DNA of 64,000 bases from an uncultured Polyangiaceae bacterium (GTDB lineage: Bacteria > Myxococcota_A > Polyangia > Polyangiales > Polyangiaceae): positions 291 through 64,290 of the forward strand of contig CAZVPE010000006.1 in the NCBI GenBank assembly GCA_964628155.1, in the 5' to 3' direction. Below are positions 17,673 to 26,772 of the stretch, piece after piece. Positions within the stretch are counted from its first letter, which is position 1. The number at the start of each line of letters is the position of its first letter. The translations under genes were made by a program, and so were the position numbers. The notes beneath the pieces were generated by a model. The model was not told where the DNA came from. It was given only the letters and a program-made list of their open reading frames with translations, and did no database searches.

Positions 17673-18463
17673 CGCGCTTTCTCGCTCTCTTCGAGCCGGA
17701 TGGACTCGTTGCGAAAGGGCTCCGCGTTTGCATAGAAGGTGCGGAGCGCGCGCACGAGCGTTGCCTTTTTCGCGCCGGCGGCGAGAAATGTCCGGCCGAG
17801 CGAGGCCGCGTTCGGCGTTTCCATCGGGCCGTAACACCCGTAGCAACCGCGGTCGTAGCTCGGGCAAAGCGCTCCGCATCCCGCGTGGGTGATTGGGCCC
17901 AGGCAAGGCGTCCCGTGCGCGACGAGGACGCAAACGTTCCCTCTGCGTTTGCATTCGACGCACACGCTGTGCGCGGAGATTGCCGGCTTTCGCCCGTTCA
18001 AGAATGCGCCGATGACCTCGAGGAGCTGCGACTTTTCGACGGGGCAGCCCTGTAGCTCGAAGTCGACGCGCACGTGACGGGCGATGGCCGTCGATGTTGC
18101 CAGAGCGGCGACGTACTCCGGCGAAGCGTAGACGACGCTTCGGAATTCGTTCACGTCCGAGAAGTTGCGCAGCGCCTGGATGCCGCCGGAGGTCGCGCAC
18201 GCACCAATCGTCACGAGTGCCTTCGAAACGCGGCGCACCTCTTGGATTCGGCGCTCGTCGTCCGGCGTGGTGATCGACCCCTCGACGAGCGAGAGGTCGT
18301 ACGGGCCGGCGACGTCCGCCTTCGTTGCCTCTCTGAATTGGGCGATTTCCACGGCTCCCGCCAAGGCGAGAAGATCGTCCTCGCAGTCGAGGAGCGTCAG
18401 CTGGCACCCGTCGCATGACGCGAACTTCCAGACCGCCAACTTGGGTCGCTTTCGAGGGCGCAT
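17669..18463 (-). CDS. hyhS: [NiFe]-hydrogenase small (delta) subunit, group 3b-like
   Basis: 264 aa with no signal peptide. Motifs FASCDGCQ and GACATSGG plus distal Cys clusters ([25 protein letters not shown]). 4-nt overlap with hyhL. Confidence 0.85.
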   Translation of the reverse strand: MRPRKRPKLAVWKFASCDGCQLTLLDCEDDLLALAGAVEIAQFREATKADVAGPYDLSLVEGSITTPDDERRIQEVRRVSKALVTIGACATSGGIQALRNFSDVNEFRSVVYASPEYVAALATSTAIARHVRVDFELQGCPVEKSQLLEVIGAFLNGRKPAISAHSVCVECKRRGNVCVLVAHGTPCLGPITHAGCGALCPSYDRGCYGCYGPMETPNAASLGRTFLAAGAKKATLVRALRTFYANAEPFRNESIRLEESEKAR

Positions 18464-18464
18464 A

Positions 18465-19307
18465 TCAGAGCTCCCGCCGATCGAGGAGGCTCGAAATCCG
18501 ATCGAACCGGAGCACCGGCCCGTCTCGGCACAAGAACGACTCGCGATACTGGCAGTGACCGCAGAACCGCAACGCACATTTCATGTTCCGCTCCATGGAG
18601 ACGAACATTCGGTCGCCCGGGAGGCCCCGGTTCGCGAGCGCGCGCGCGGTGAAGCGCATCATCACTTCCGGTCCGCAGATCATCGCGACCGTCGCGGCGG
18701 TGTCGATCGACACCTTGTCGAGAAGTGCCGGCACGACGCCGACGGGCCCGACCCAGTCTGCCTCCGCATGGTCCACGGTGACGTGGACACGCCCGTCGAG
18801 CTTCTTCTCCCAGCGCGCGACCTCCTTTCGATAGACGAGGTCCGCAGGGCTACGGGCCCCGTAGAGGAGCGTGACGTTGCGGAAGCGCCCCCGCTGGCGA
18901 ACGAGCTCGTAGACAACCGGCCTGAGCGGAGCGATCCCGAGTCCGCCCGCGATCACGATCACGTCTTTGCCGAAGGCCTGGTCGACCGGCCACCCGGCTC
19001 CGTACGGGCCGCGAACGCCGACCGTATCGCCGCGCTTGAGGCGCTGCATCGGTGTCGTAACGCTGCCGACTGCGCGAATCGTGTGGACCAGCGCGTGCGT
19101 CTGATTCGGGTCGCCGCTGATCGAGATCGGGACCTCGCCCACCCCGAAGAGGTAAAGCATGTTGAACTGACCGGGAGCGAACGAGAATCCACCGTTCGCG
19201 ACGTCGAGCCAGAGCGTGAAGGTGTCGGCGGTTTCTTGGGTGCGGCGCAGCACTCGGACCGGTTGCGGAAGCCACGGGTCAGCGCCGGCCGCGAATGGTT
19301 CGCTCAT
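18465..19307 (-). CDS. hyhG: Hydrogenase gamma subunit: FNR-like FAD/NAD(P)-binding protein with C-terminal 2Fe-2S
   Basis: 280 aa. Flavin-reductase pattern ([18 protein letters not shown]) and C-terminal [17 protein letters not shown]. Confidence 0.8.
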   Translation of the reverse strand: MSEPFAAGADPWLPQPVRVLRRTQETADTFTLWLDVANGGFSFAPGQFNMLYLFGVGEVPISISGDPNQTHALVHTIRAVGSVTTPMQRLKRGDTVGVRGPYGAGWPVDQAFGKDVIVIAGGLGIAPLRPVVYELVRQRGRFRNVTLLYGARSPADLVYRKEVARWEKKLDGRVHVTVDHAEADWVGPVGVVPALLDKVSIDTAATVAMICGPEVMMRFTARALANRGLPGDRMFVSMERNMKCALRFCGHCQYRESFLCRDGPVLRFDRISSLLDRREL

Positions 19308-19762
19308 GGCGCTTGATAGACGTCGAGGCGCTGCAGGCGAACGTGGTCCAGCCGCTGGACCGTTTTCTCGTAAAGTCGCAGCACGAGTTCGTAGCCGAGG
19401 TCGTGGTCCTTCGAGATCTTGCCCCGCAGGCACGCGCCGTCGAACGCGAGCGCGACCACGGGCTCGACCGCGCGGGCGTCGAGGTTCACCCGGTACGGCG
19501 GGACGAGCCACGAGAGTCCCAGGACGTCGCCGGGGCCGACGCTTTCCATTTGGAGCGTTCCTCTGCCCGGCACGTGGACCTCGAGGGCGACGCGCCCGAC
19601 GCGAAGGAGGAAGAAGGTATTGGCATCGCCCCCTTCCCTCATCAGAAACTCGCCGGCTTCGAAGCGCAGATTTTTCGCGCACGCGACAATGAGCGCGACA
19701 TGCGCCTCGGAAAAGCCTTTGAGAAATTCGTGCTCGTGGAGGAGCCGCTCGAGGTTCTCCAT
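19304..19762 (-). CDS. Stand-alone cyclic-nucleotide-binding (CAP-effector-like) domain protein
   Basis: 152 aa: [49 protein letters not shown]...[11 protein letters not shown]...[12 protein letters not shown]. No HTH or other domain. It starts 3 nt after the hyhB stop, and its stop overlaps the hyhG ATG (ATGA). Confidence 0.75.
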   Translation of the reverse strand: MENLERLLHEHEFLKGFSEAHVALIVACAKNLRFEAGEFLMREGGDANTFFLLRVGRVALEVHVPGRGTLQMESVGPGDVLGLSWLVPPYRVNLDARAVEPVVALAFDGACLRGKISKDHDLGYELVLRLYEKTVQRLDHVRLQRLDVYQAP

Positions 19763-19764
19763 GG

Positions 19765-20913
19765 TCAGCCTGGGTCGGAAGCCCGAATTGCGGCGACCTC
19801 TTGGGTGATGTCGATCGCCACGGGGCACCAGGTGATGCATCGGCCGCACCCGACGCATCCCGACGTTCCGAACTGGTCGATCCAGCTCGCGAGCTTGTGC
19901 GTGAGCCACTGCCGGTAGCGCGACTTGATCGACGCGTGCACGCTTCCGCCGTGCAAATAGCTGTGATCCATCGTGAAGCAGGAGTCCCAGCGCTGCACCC
20001 GCTCGGCCTGCTCTCCCGCCAGGTCGGTGACGTCGTCGACGGAAGAGCAAAAACACGTGGGACAGGCGAGCGTGCAATTCGTGCACGCCAGACACCGGCT
20101 CGCGACGTCGTCCCAGCGAGGGTGCTCCGCGTTTCGGTAGAGGAGCTCCTTGATCCCGTCCGTATTCATGGTCCGTCCCATTTGGGCTGCCGTTCGCGCC
20201 ACGATGGCTTCGGCCGCTTCGAGGTCGGCGCGAGGTGCCTCTTCGTAGCCCACGCGCTCCAAGACTTGCGCCCCTGATTCGCTCCCGATCCCGACGACGA
20301 AGCGGTGGCCCTTGTCGTCGAGGAGCTCGGTGAGCGCCAGGTCGAAGCCGAGCGTAGCCCGCGGCCCCGTTCCAAGGGAGGTGCAGAAACACGTCCCGCC
20401 GGCCTGACCGCAATGGACGGCCACGACGAACGTGCCGCTGCGTCGGGCAAGGTACTCCTGGTCGACCGATGGTCCCTCGAGAAACACTTTGTCTTGGATC
20501 GCGATGGCGTGGAGATCGCACGAACGCGCGCCGATGAGGGCGAGCAAGGGCGCACTTCGCGTCTTCTCGAGGACGACGAAAGAACCGTCGCGCCGCCTGG
20601 CGCGCCAAAGCTGGAGGGTCGGGACGAAAAAGAACGGCTTCCAAGACTGCGGGCCGACCGAGTACCCGAAGAGCGCCCGGTCATCGCGGCGGCGGAGGCG
20701 ATAGGTGCCGGCGTCTTGGGACTCCGTCCATCCCTCGGGCAGGTCCTCGATTCCGGAGATCGATTCGTGGACGATCGCGCCGTCTCGCACGGTGGGTCCG
20801 ACGAGCTGGAAGCCGTCCTGGCGCAGGACCTGGAGGAGCCGCGCAAAGCGGTCTCGCGAGAGAAGCGCGCGCTCTCCAAGACGGGTCGACTTCGTCATGG
20901 GCGCATCGGTCAT
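19765..20913 (-). CDS. hyhB: Hydrogenase beta subunit (AsrA-like 4Fe-4S protein)
   Basis: 382 aa with Cys clusters [16 protein letters not shown] and [12 protein letters not shown]. Size and order match the sulfhydrogenase-type beta subunit. Confidence 0.8.
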   Translation of the reverse strand: MTDAPMTKSTRLGERALLSRDRFARLLQVLRQDGFQLVGPTVRDGAIVHESISGIEDLPEGWTESQDAGTYRLRRRDDRALFGYSVGPQSWKPFFFVPTLQLWRARRRDGSFVVLEKTRSAPLLALIGARSCDLHAIAIQDKVFLEGPSVDQEYLARRSGTFVVAVHCGQAGGTCFCTSLGTGPRATLGFDLALTELLDDKGHRFVVGIGSESGAQVLERVGYEEAPRADLEAAEAIVARTAAQMGRTMNTDGIKELLYRNAEHPRWDDVASRCLACTNCTLACPTCFCSSVDDVTDLAGEQAERVQRWDSCFTMDHSYLHGGSVHASIKSRYRQWLTHKLASWIDQFGTSGCVGCGRCITWCPVAIDITQEVAAIRASDPG

Positions 20914-21080
20914 GGCCTCGCCGGAGCGCCGAAGTCAAGCATGCCCACGAAGGCGCGCACCAGCCCGGAGTCCCTTTGCCTTTTTGAGCCGCGTTTCGTG
21001 GACGGATCCGCCGGCCCGGCTTGCGGGCTCGGCCCAGCGGAACATGCAACGTCGATCTTGGCGTAGAGTCACTTTCGCCC

Positions 21081-21632
21081 ATGCCCTCCGCAAGAGCCAT
21101 TGCCCTCGGTGTTGCCGGTCTCGCCGCACTTGCAGTCGTCGCCCTCGTCGTCCGTCGTGGCCGCGACCCGGAGTGGGAGTTCGAGCCCGTGTCGTCGGTG
21201 ACCGGCCCGACGACGGCGTCGCCGCACTCGACCATCTCGCTCGCCCGGCTTTCGAGTCCAACGACTCCGGACAATTGCGCCGACGTGACGTTCTGGGACG
21301 CAAAGCCCATCGACTACAAGCACCTTCAAGAGAGGGGCTTCGTCGTCCTGAAGTCGACCTGCGCGAAGACCTTCAAGAACCTTCCGGTCTTCGCCACGTG
21401 CACCCGCTCAGACAAGGACGAGAACCACGCCCCGATCCTCGACGCGGTCGCCTACTACTATGACCTCGCGACCGTAGAGAGCGACGAAACGTACCGCGGA
21501 CAGTGCCTCGGAAACGGCGGATCATGGACGGCCAAGGCCCCGGACGACCCGGAGTACGCGCGGGCGCGCGCTCGACTGCACGGAGGTAGTCCTCACCATG
21601 AAATCGATTCTTTGATGGAGGTCGCTCCGTGA
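21081..21632 (+). CDS. Hypothetical membrane-anchored protein
   Basis: MPSARAIALGVAGLAALAVVALVV signal anchor and good GC3. No recognisable domain. Confidence 0.45.
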   Translation: MPSARAIALGVAGLAALAVVALVVRRGRDPEWEFEPVSSVTGPTTASPHSTISLARLSSPTTPDNCADVTFWDAKPIDYKHLQERGFVVLKSTCAKTFKNLPVFATCTRSDKDENHAPILDAVAYYYDLATVESDETYRGQCLGNGGSWTAKAPDDPEYARARARLHGGSPHHEIDSLMEVAP

Positions 21633-21653
21633 ATCGATCGCCCCAACGCAAAC

Positions 21654-22751
21654 TCAGGGCCGCGTCGCGACATAAAGATGAGCGGCCCCGTCGCGATCGC
21701 TGCTCAAGTACAGGCGGCAGGCGTCTTGGGAAAGCCACGTCGGAGCGTCGAGCCCGCCGGAGTTGACCTCCCGAAGATCGAACGCATTGGCAAAGACTGC
21801 GGTCTTGCTGGTGCGCTGGGCAAGCCAAATGTCTTGGCCGCCGAGGCCCCCGCTTCTGGTCGAAGAATAAAGAATCGTCAGGTCGTCCGCCGAGAGGACC
21901 GGGTCCCCCTCGTTGACGCCCCCGCCCTGGTTCAACTCGGTTACAAGGGTCGGGGCCGCGAAGCCCGCGCCGCTTCTCGCCGCTCGATAGATGTCGTAAT
22001 CGCCGGCGCGACTCGAAGAAAAGTAGATCTCCGAACCGTCCGGCAGGATGAAAGGCTGCACGGTGCTCGTCGCCGTGGCGTTCAACTCGGCGAGCGCGCT
22101 TCGGCTGGAAAAGTCTCCGCCGTCCGGCCGCTGGGCTGAGTAAAGCTGATCGATTCCGGCATCGTCCTTCCCGGTCTTGACCCGGAACACGAGGGCGAGA
22201 CCGTCCCCCGTGCTACTGGGATCGATCGTGAGCGAATTGGGCATGTTGATGTTGCCGTTCAGCAGTTTGATGTTTCCGAACGGCGAGCCGAGATCCGAGC
22301 GGGTCGTGACGTAAAGGTTGCTCGATCCGGGGCCGCCGGGTCGCGAGCTCCAGAAGAACCCCGTGAGCTCGTCGGACAAAAGGCGAAGGCCTCCTTCGGT
22401 GGTGGCGGACTCCAGAGTGGTGAGCAGGACCGGCGGACCGAACGGTCTCGTGAGGTCGCAATTCCCCGCGTCGCCTCCCCCGTCGATTCCAGAATCAGGC
22501 GCCGCGGCGGAATCGGGCGCCGCGGCGGAATCAGGCGCCGCGGCCTCTACGGAAGCCTCCGCCTGCGCGTCCGGCGGTCCCCCGCCGTCGACCGCGACTT
22601 TGACAGTCCCTGCATCGATGACGATGAAGCCAAGGAGCTCGGTTACGTCGCCGCAGCCGCCCAAAAGGAGCGGCGCGAGGAGGACGAACCCGTGTCGGGG
22701 GATGAGCGGACCGGCGCGCAACGTGACGCGCATTAAAGCACGACGGGGCAC
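21654..22751 (-). CDS. TolB-like PD40/WD40 beta-propeller repeat lipoprotein
   Basis: Lipobox LLLGGCG. Repeated 'dg..ifFsSsR.Gg.DIy.a.R' units (EIYFSSSRAGDYDIYRAAR, ILYSSTRSGGLGGQDIWLAQR, LYLSSDRDG). The alternative start is 22733. Confidence 0.65.
   Translation of the reverse strand: MPRRALMRVTLRAGPLIPRHGFVLLAPLLLGGCGDVTELLGFIVIDAGTVKVAVDGGGPPDAQAEASVEAAAPDSAAAPDSAAAPDSGIDGGGDAGNCDLTRPFGPPVLLTTLESATTEGGLRLLSDELTGFFWSSRPGGPGSSNLYVTTRSDLGSPFGNIKLLNGNINMPNSLTIDPSSTGDGLALVFRVKTGKDDAGIDQLYSAQRPDGGDFSSRSALAELNATATSTVQPFILPDGSEIYFSSSRAGDYDIYRAARSGAGFAAPTLVTELNQGGGVNEGDPVLSADDLTILYSSTRSGGLGGQDIWLAQRTSKTAVFANAFDLREVNSGGLDAPTWLSQDACRLYLSSDRDGAAHLYVATRP
22492..22545. repeat. 3 x 18-nt tandem repeat inside the PD40 lipoprotein linker
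   Basis: gaatcaggcgccgcggcg / gaatcgggcgccgcggcg / gaatcaggcgccgcggcc, encoding (AAAPDS)x3 on the minus strand. Confidence 0.85.
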
Positions 22752-22799
22752 CGCTCTCCGGAGAGGAGCGGCACAGCGGACCTCAGGGACGGCGCCCGA

Positions 22800-25622
22800 T
22801 CAGTGGGCGGTCTCTTTTTTCGACGCAGCGCCGAGGGCCGTTTGCGGCCGCACCCAGACTTCGACACGGCGATTTCGGTCTCGTCCGCCGGGCGATTCGT
22901 TGTCGGCCACCGGCCTCTCGTCGCCGAGCCCCTCGACGAGCGATGCGTGCAGTCCGTAGGCCTCGAGCCGGTGAGCGACCCTATCGGCGCGCTCGTGCGA
23001 GACGTGGCTCTTGACGTCGCTCGTGCCCTGGTTGTCCGAAAACCCGAGCAGAATGAACTCTGGCGTGCGCTGCATACGGAGGACTGCGGCCAATCGTCCG
23101 ATGTCTTGCGCGGCGCGGCTGTCGAGATCGCTCTGGCCGCTCCGAAAGCGGAACGTCAGTGACAGTCGCTTGGCGCCGCGCGTAAGCCCGGCGTAGTCCG
23201 CGGGGCAATCCGCGCACGAGTCCGAGTCGTCGGCCAGTGCGGACAGGTTTACAAAGCCCGCCGCCGCGACCAACGTCTGCCCCTCGGGCGACAGCGCAAA
23301 CTGAACGAAAGGCCCCGCCAGAGGATGGGTCGAGGGCGACGGCGCGTACAGATAGAGGCGTCGCGTCAACGGGTAATCTTCGCTTCCGACACTGAATCGG
23401 GTCGGGAAGAGCGCTCCCGCGCCGCTGGATACGGCTACCGCACTCGCGCGGCCGACCAACGACATTCCGACAAAACCGATTGCCTGCGGATTGGCCGCCA
23501 CGGCGGACGAAAGCTCCCCGCTGTCGGTGAAGCGCTTGGCCTTGGCGGCCAGGGGATGCTCCCCCAAAACGAGGGCTTTGAACGTGTCGTAGGTTCCCGA
23601 TCGGTCGTCGCGCGCGTACACCTCGATAGGGCTCGACGCGCCATCCACGGCGGCCGGCCAGTTGGTGGTCTCGCCGTCGAAGATGCGCGCGATGTCGTCG
23701 ATCGCCAGCGTGCGCAGCGGGTTGCTCTCGTTCACGACGACGGCGACTCCGTCCAGACCGATTACGTTCTCGTTCGAAGGGGCGCTCAGATCGCCGAGCC
23801 CGGCTTGCTTCAGCCGCTCGGCCTCTTCGGGCCGGATCATGCGCGAGGCCATGCCGAGATCGCAGCGACCCGCGCCGAGGTCGTCGAACGCCGTTCCAGA
23901 GCCCGCGGCGTCGATGTCGATCTCCACGGGCTGCGCGGACCCGGGCACCGTGCCCGAGACGACCCACGCGTGTCCGTCTGCATTCTTCGTGCGGGCCACG
24001 TCTTTGGCGCCCATGTGCTGAAGCAAGCCCGCGGCAAGCGACGGCGCGAGCTCGGCGCCGAACGTGTTGGACCCGTGCAACCGCAACGGCTTGACGGAGA
24101 CGGGCAAGACGGCGGCCGTTTCCCCGGCTTGCTCGAAGCGAACGGTGGGCGTCGTCGCCGCAGCATGCGCGTCGGGAATGAGCGCGCGAAAGAGAAGAAA
24201 GAGGCCCCCAGCCAGGAGCGTGGCCGCCGGCAGCGTCAACACCCAGGCGAGCGCGATGTTGCGAACGGTCGAGCCCTGGAGGCCCGACTTCTGTGCGATC
24301 ATGGTTCCCGCGATACCCGAAGACAGTACGTGCGTCGTGCTGACGGGCATTCCGAACGACCCGGAGAGGCCGATCGTCGTCATCGCCACGATCTCGGCCG
24401 AAGCACCCTGCGCGTACGTCAGGTGCGTTTTGCCGATCTTCTCCCCCACGGTCACGACGATGCGCTTCCAGCCGATCATCGTGCCGATGCCGAGCGAAAA
24501 AGCGATGAGACCGATGACCCAACCGGGCGCGTAGTCGATCGAAGCACGCAGGGTCTTTCGGTCCTTCTGGATGGCGGCCAGCCTCTCGGGGGAGAGCGCC
24601 GCTGCGCCCGTACCCTTCTCGAGCGTCGCCAGCTCGTTGTCCACGCGCATGATCCGCGATCGGACGTCGAAGCGTGCATCGGGCGGGATGTCTCGAATGG
24701 ATTCCTTTCCGTTGAGCGCCGCCCGGATCTCGCCGAGATCCGTAAGGACCGCTCCGGCGGGAGTCTTCGGTACGGCCATGTCGACCGTCGACGCGAGTCG
24801 CCCGGTCTCTCCGCCGAACGCGTCGCGGGTGTTGGTCTCCAGCCTCTCGGCGACCTGCACTGCGTCGTGGATCTGCGCCTTTGCGAGCGATGTGTTCAGC
24901 GCGTAGTCCGCGGGCAGCAGCCCGATGAGAATCAGCATGATGAGGCCGACGCCCTTCTGTCCGTCGTTCGATCCGTGGGCGAAGCTCACGCCGCTACACG
25001 TGCCGATGAGGATCGCCCGGATCCAACCCGGCGGCGTTTTGTCCGGATCGGCGGGCTGATGCAGCGCGGGAGACTTGAGGAGGTAATTTCTGGCCAAGAG
25101 CAGCAAGAGCGCGGCGGCCCCGAGTCCAAAAACGGGAGAAATGAGGAGCGAGAGGCCGATTTCACGGACCTTGTGCCAGTTGACCCCGCTCCCGAAGACG
25201 TGATTCGGCATGAGCGAATTGGCCAGGCCGACCCCCACGATCGCGCCGATGAGCGTGTGTGAGCTCGAAGCCGGCAGGCCGAGCCACCACGTGCCGAGAT
25301 TCCACATGATGGCCGCGACGAGCAGCGCGAGCACCATCGCAAGCCCGGCTCCGCTTCCGCTCGCAGCCAGGAGTTCGACCGGCAAGAGCTTGATGATGCT
25401 CATCGCCACCGCGATACCTCCGAGATACACGCCGAGGAGGTTGAGGACACCAGAAATGAGGACGGCCTTCCAGGGGCGGAGCGAGCGCGTGTAGATCACG
25501 GTGGCCACCGCGTTCGCCGTGTCGTGGAAGCCGTTGACGAACTCGAAGCCGCACGCGATGAGCAGCGCGACAATCAAGAGAACGAATTGGCCGGTCCCGA
25601 TGTTGGTGTCGAAGAGGTGCAT
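22800..25622 (-). CDS. Triple fusion: PiT-family phosphate permease + PstS-like periplasmic phosphate-binding domain + OmpA-like domain
   Basis: 940 aa. Residues 1-482 are PiT (GFHDTANAVAT, HGSNDGQKG, VSTTHVLSSGI). Residues ~511-793 are PBP-like (RLHGSNTFG..., GLDGVAVVVN, RDDRSGTYDTF, YPLTRRLYLY). Residues ~818-926 are OmpA-like (LLGFSDNQG...RADRVAHRL...NRRVEVWV). Confidence 0.85.
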   Translation of the reverse strand: MHLFDTNIGTGQFVLLIVALLIACGFEFVNGFHDTANAVATVIYTRSLRPWKAVLISGVLNLLGVYLGGIAVAMSIIKLLPVELLAASGSGAGLAMVLALLVAAIMWNLGTWWLGLPASSSHTLIGAIVGVGLANSLMPNHVFGSGVNWHKVREIGLSLLISPVFGLGAAALLLLLARNYLLKSPALHQPADPDKTPPGWIRAILIGTCSGVSFAHGSNDGQKGVGLIMLILIGLLPADYALNTSLAKAQIHDAVQVAERLETNTRDAFGGETGRLASTVDMAVPKTPAGAVLTDLGEIRAALNGKESIRDIPPDARFDVRSRIMRVDNELATLEKGTGAAALSPERLAAIQKDRKTLRASIDYAPGWVIGLIAFSLGIGTMIGWKRIVVTVGEKIGKTHLTYAQGASAEIVAMTTIGLSGSFGMPVSTTHVLSSGIAGTMIAQKSGLQGSTVRNIALAWVLTLPAATLLAGGLFLLFRALIPDAHAAATTPTVRFEQAGETAAVLPVSVKPLRLHGSNTFGAELAPSLAAGLLQHMGAKDVARTKNADGHAWVVSGTVPGSAQPVEIDIDAAGSGTAFDDLGAGRCDLGMASRMIRPEEAERLKQAGLGDLSAPSNENVIGLDGVAVVVNESNPLRTLAIDDIARIFDGETTNWPAAVDGASSPIEVYARDDRSGTYDTFKALVLGEHPLAAKAKRFTDSGELSSAVAANPQAIGFVGMSLVGRASAVAVSSGAGALFPTRFSVGSEDYPLTRRLYLYAPSPSTHPLAGPFVQFALSPEGQTLVAAAGFVNLSALADDSDSCADCPADYAGLTRGAKRLSLTFRFRSGQSDLDSRAAQDIGRLAAVLRMQRTPEFILLGFSDNQGTSDVKSHVSHERADRVAHRLEAYGLHASLVEGLGDERPVADNESPGGRDRNRRVEVWVRPQTALGAASKKETAH

Positions 25623-25800
25623 GGCTCCGCCGTGTACCGCCTCGTGCGCGCGGACTTGCGCGGTTGGGCGGCACGCGAGGAGAGCACGCCGACTCCCGAC
25701 CTCTTGTGACTTATCCGAAACGGAAGCGGAGCGACTTCGCGTCGCTGAGAACGGTAAATAGCTCTGGGCAACGACTGAACGCTGATAGTATGTTCAGCCA

Positions 25801-26295
25801 ATGGACGCCGTCACCGCCCCCGTTCGGGCCGCCCTCGAGCTCTTTGAGACCGCCCTTGCCGAGGTGCGCTTTGCCGACCTCGATGCCAAGACTCTTGCAC
25901 GCGCCGCGGCCGACGTGGAGGCGGTCGCCGCCGTGGTCGCCTCGGCCCAGGCCGCGCTCGACAGTGCGCGCTCCGCGCTGCAAGAGCGGCAAGAAATATT
26001 GTTCGACAAGGTCCAGCGCGCGGTTGCCTACGCGCGAGTCTACGCGGAGAATGACCAGGCGCTGACCGAGCGTCTCCAGTCGATCGCCCTTCCGCGCACT
26101 CCGCGGGGTGCGCGGACCAAAGACGACTCGGCGCTGGTCTTGTCCTCCACGCCCCAAGCCCCGCCCCGGCCGAGGGCCGGCCGGCGCAAGCCGATGCACG
26201 CCGGACCGATGCTCGTCGTGGATCGCTCGGACGAGAGCTTGGGCGAAAAGACCGGCGATGACTCCGAAGGTGACCTGGCGGTCGGTTCCCGATGA
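25801..26295 (+). CDS. Hypothetical protein (helical N-terminus, basic/Pro-rich tail)
   Basis: 164-aa ORF with good GC3 and no recognisable domain. Confidence 0.45.
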   Translation: MDAVTAPVRAALELFETALAEVRFADLDAKTLARAAADVEAVAAVVASAQAALDSARSALQERQEILFDKVQRAVAYARVYAENDQALTERLQSIALPRTPRGARTKDDSALVLSSTPQAPPRPRAGRRKPMHAGPMLVVDRSDESLGEKTGDDSEGDLAVGSR

Positions 26296-26316
26296 ACGGC
26301 GCCGCCGGGAGCTCCC

Positions 26317-26556
26317 TCAGAGGCGTCGGGTAATGCGCCCGCGCGTCGTATCGTAGGGACTCACCTCGAGGCGAACGCGGTCCCCTTCCGTCAGGCGGAT
26401 GCGGTGGACATTCAACCGGCCGCTACGCTTGGCGAGGACGGTTCCGCGATGCGCACCGGAGACATACTCTACGGTGTAAAAGCCGCCACGACTGCACTTC
26501 GTCACTGTTCCTTCGAGGACGAGAAAGTCGCGATCGCTCGGTGCAGCTCCACTCAT
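26317..26556 (-). CDS. infA: Translation initiation factor IF-1-like S1/OB-fold protein (divergent copy)
   Basis: LEGTVTKCSRGGFYTVEY...RSGRLNVHRIRLTEGDRVRLEVSPYDTTRGRITRR aligns with canonical IF-1 (GTV.E......F.V.L....V.A..SG.....IRI..GD.V..E..PYD...GRI..R). Confidence 0.65.
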   Translation of the reverse strand: MSGAAPSDRDFLVLEGTVTKCSRGGFYTVEYVSGAHRGTVLAKRSGRLNVHRIRLTEGDRVRLEVSPYDTTRGRITRRL

Positions 26557-26772
26557 TAGCCTATGCTACTCCATCTGACCCGCGAGCGCTCCCGTTCTTT
26601 GCGCGCTCTTTCTTCTTGGCGCAGAGCTTTCGCGGAGCAGCGCTGCCGGGCGTGCGCGTGCGTGCGCTACGGCTCGTGACCCCCCGCGCCCGCTCTCACA
26701 CGGGGACCGCGTCTCGACCTCGTCACTGACCCGCCGGTGGAGTAGGAAGAGGCCCCCACGTCACGATGCACG

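Noticed and set aside
15571-17733. Very long ORF-track entries that extend real genes far upstream. Examples are 15571..17733, 16377..18416, 13133..15010, 18465..19682, 19304..20644, 60506..61696 and 60999..62687.
   Set aside because: Only the C-terminal parts carry family motifs, and the upstream extensions overlap neighbouring well-supported genes. Starts were reset to the internal ATG/GTG/TTG that matches the conserved N-terminus.
25775-25797. Inverted repeat CTGAAC-N11-GTTCAG just upstream of the 25801 ORF, and a small hairpin at 25730-25746, as operator or Pho-box-like sites for the PiT fusion gene
   Set aside because: These are short 6-bp arms that could arise by chance, and I have no known consensus to compare them with.
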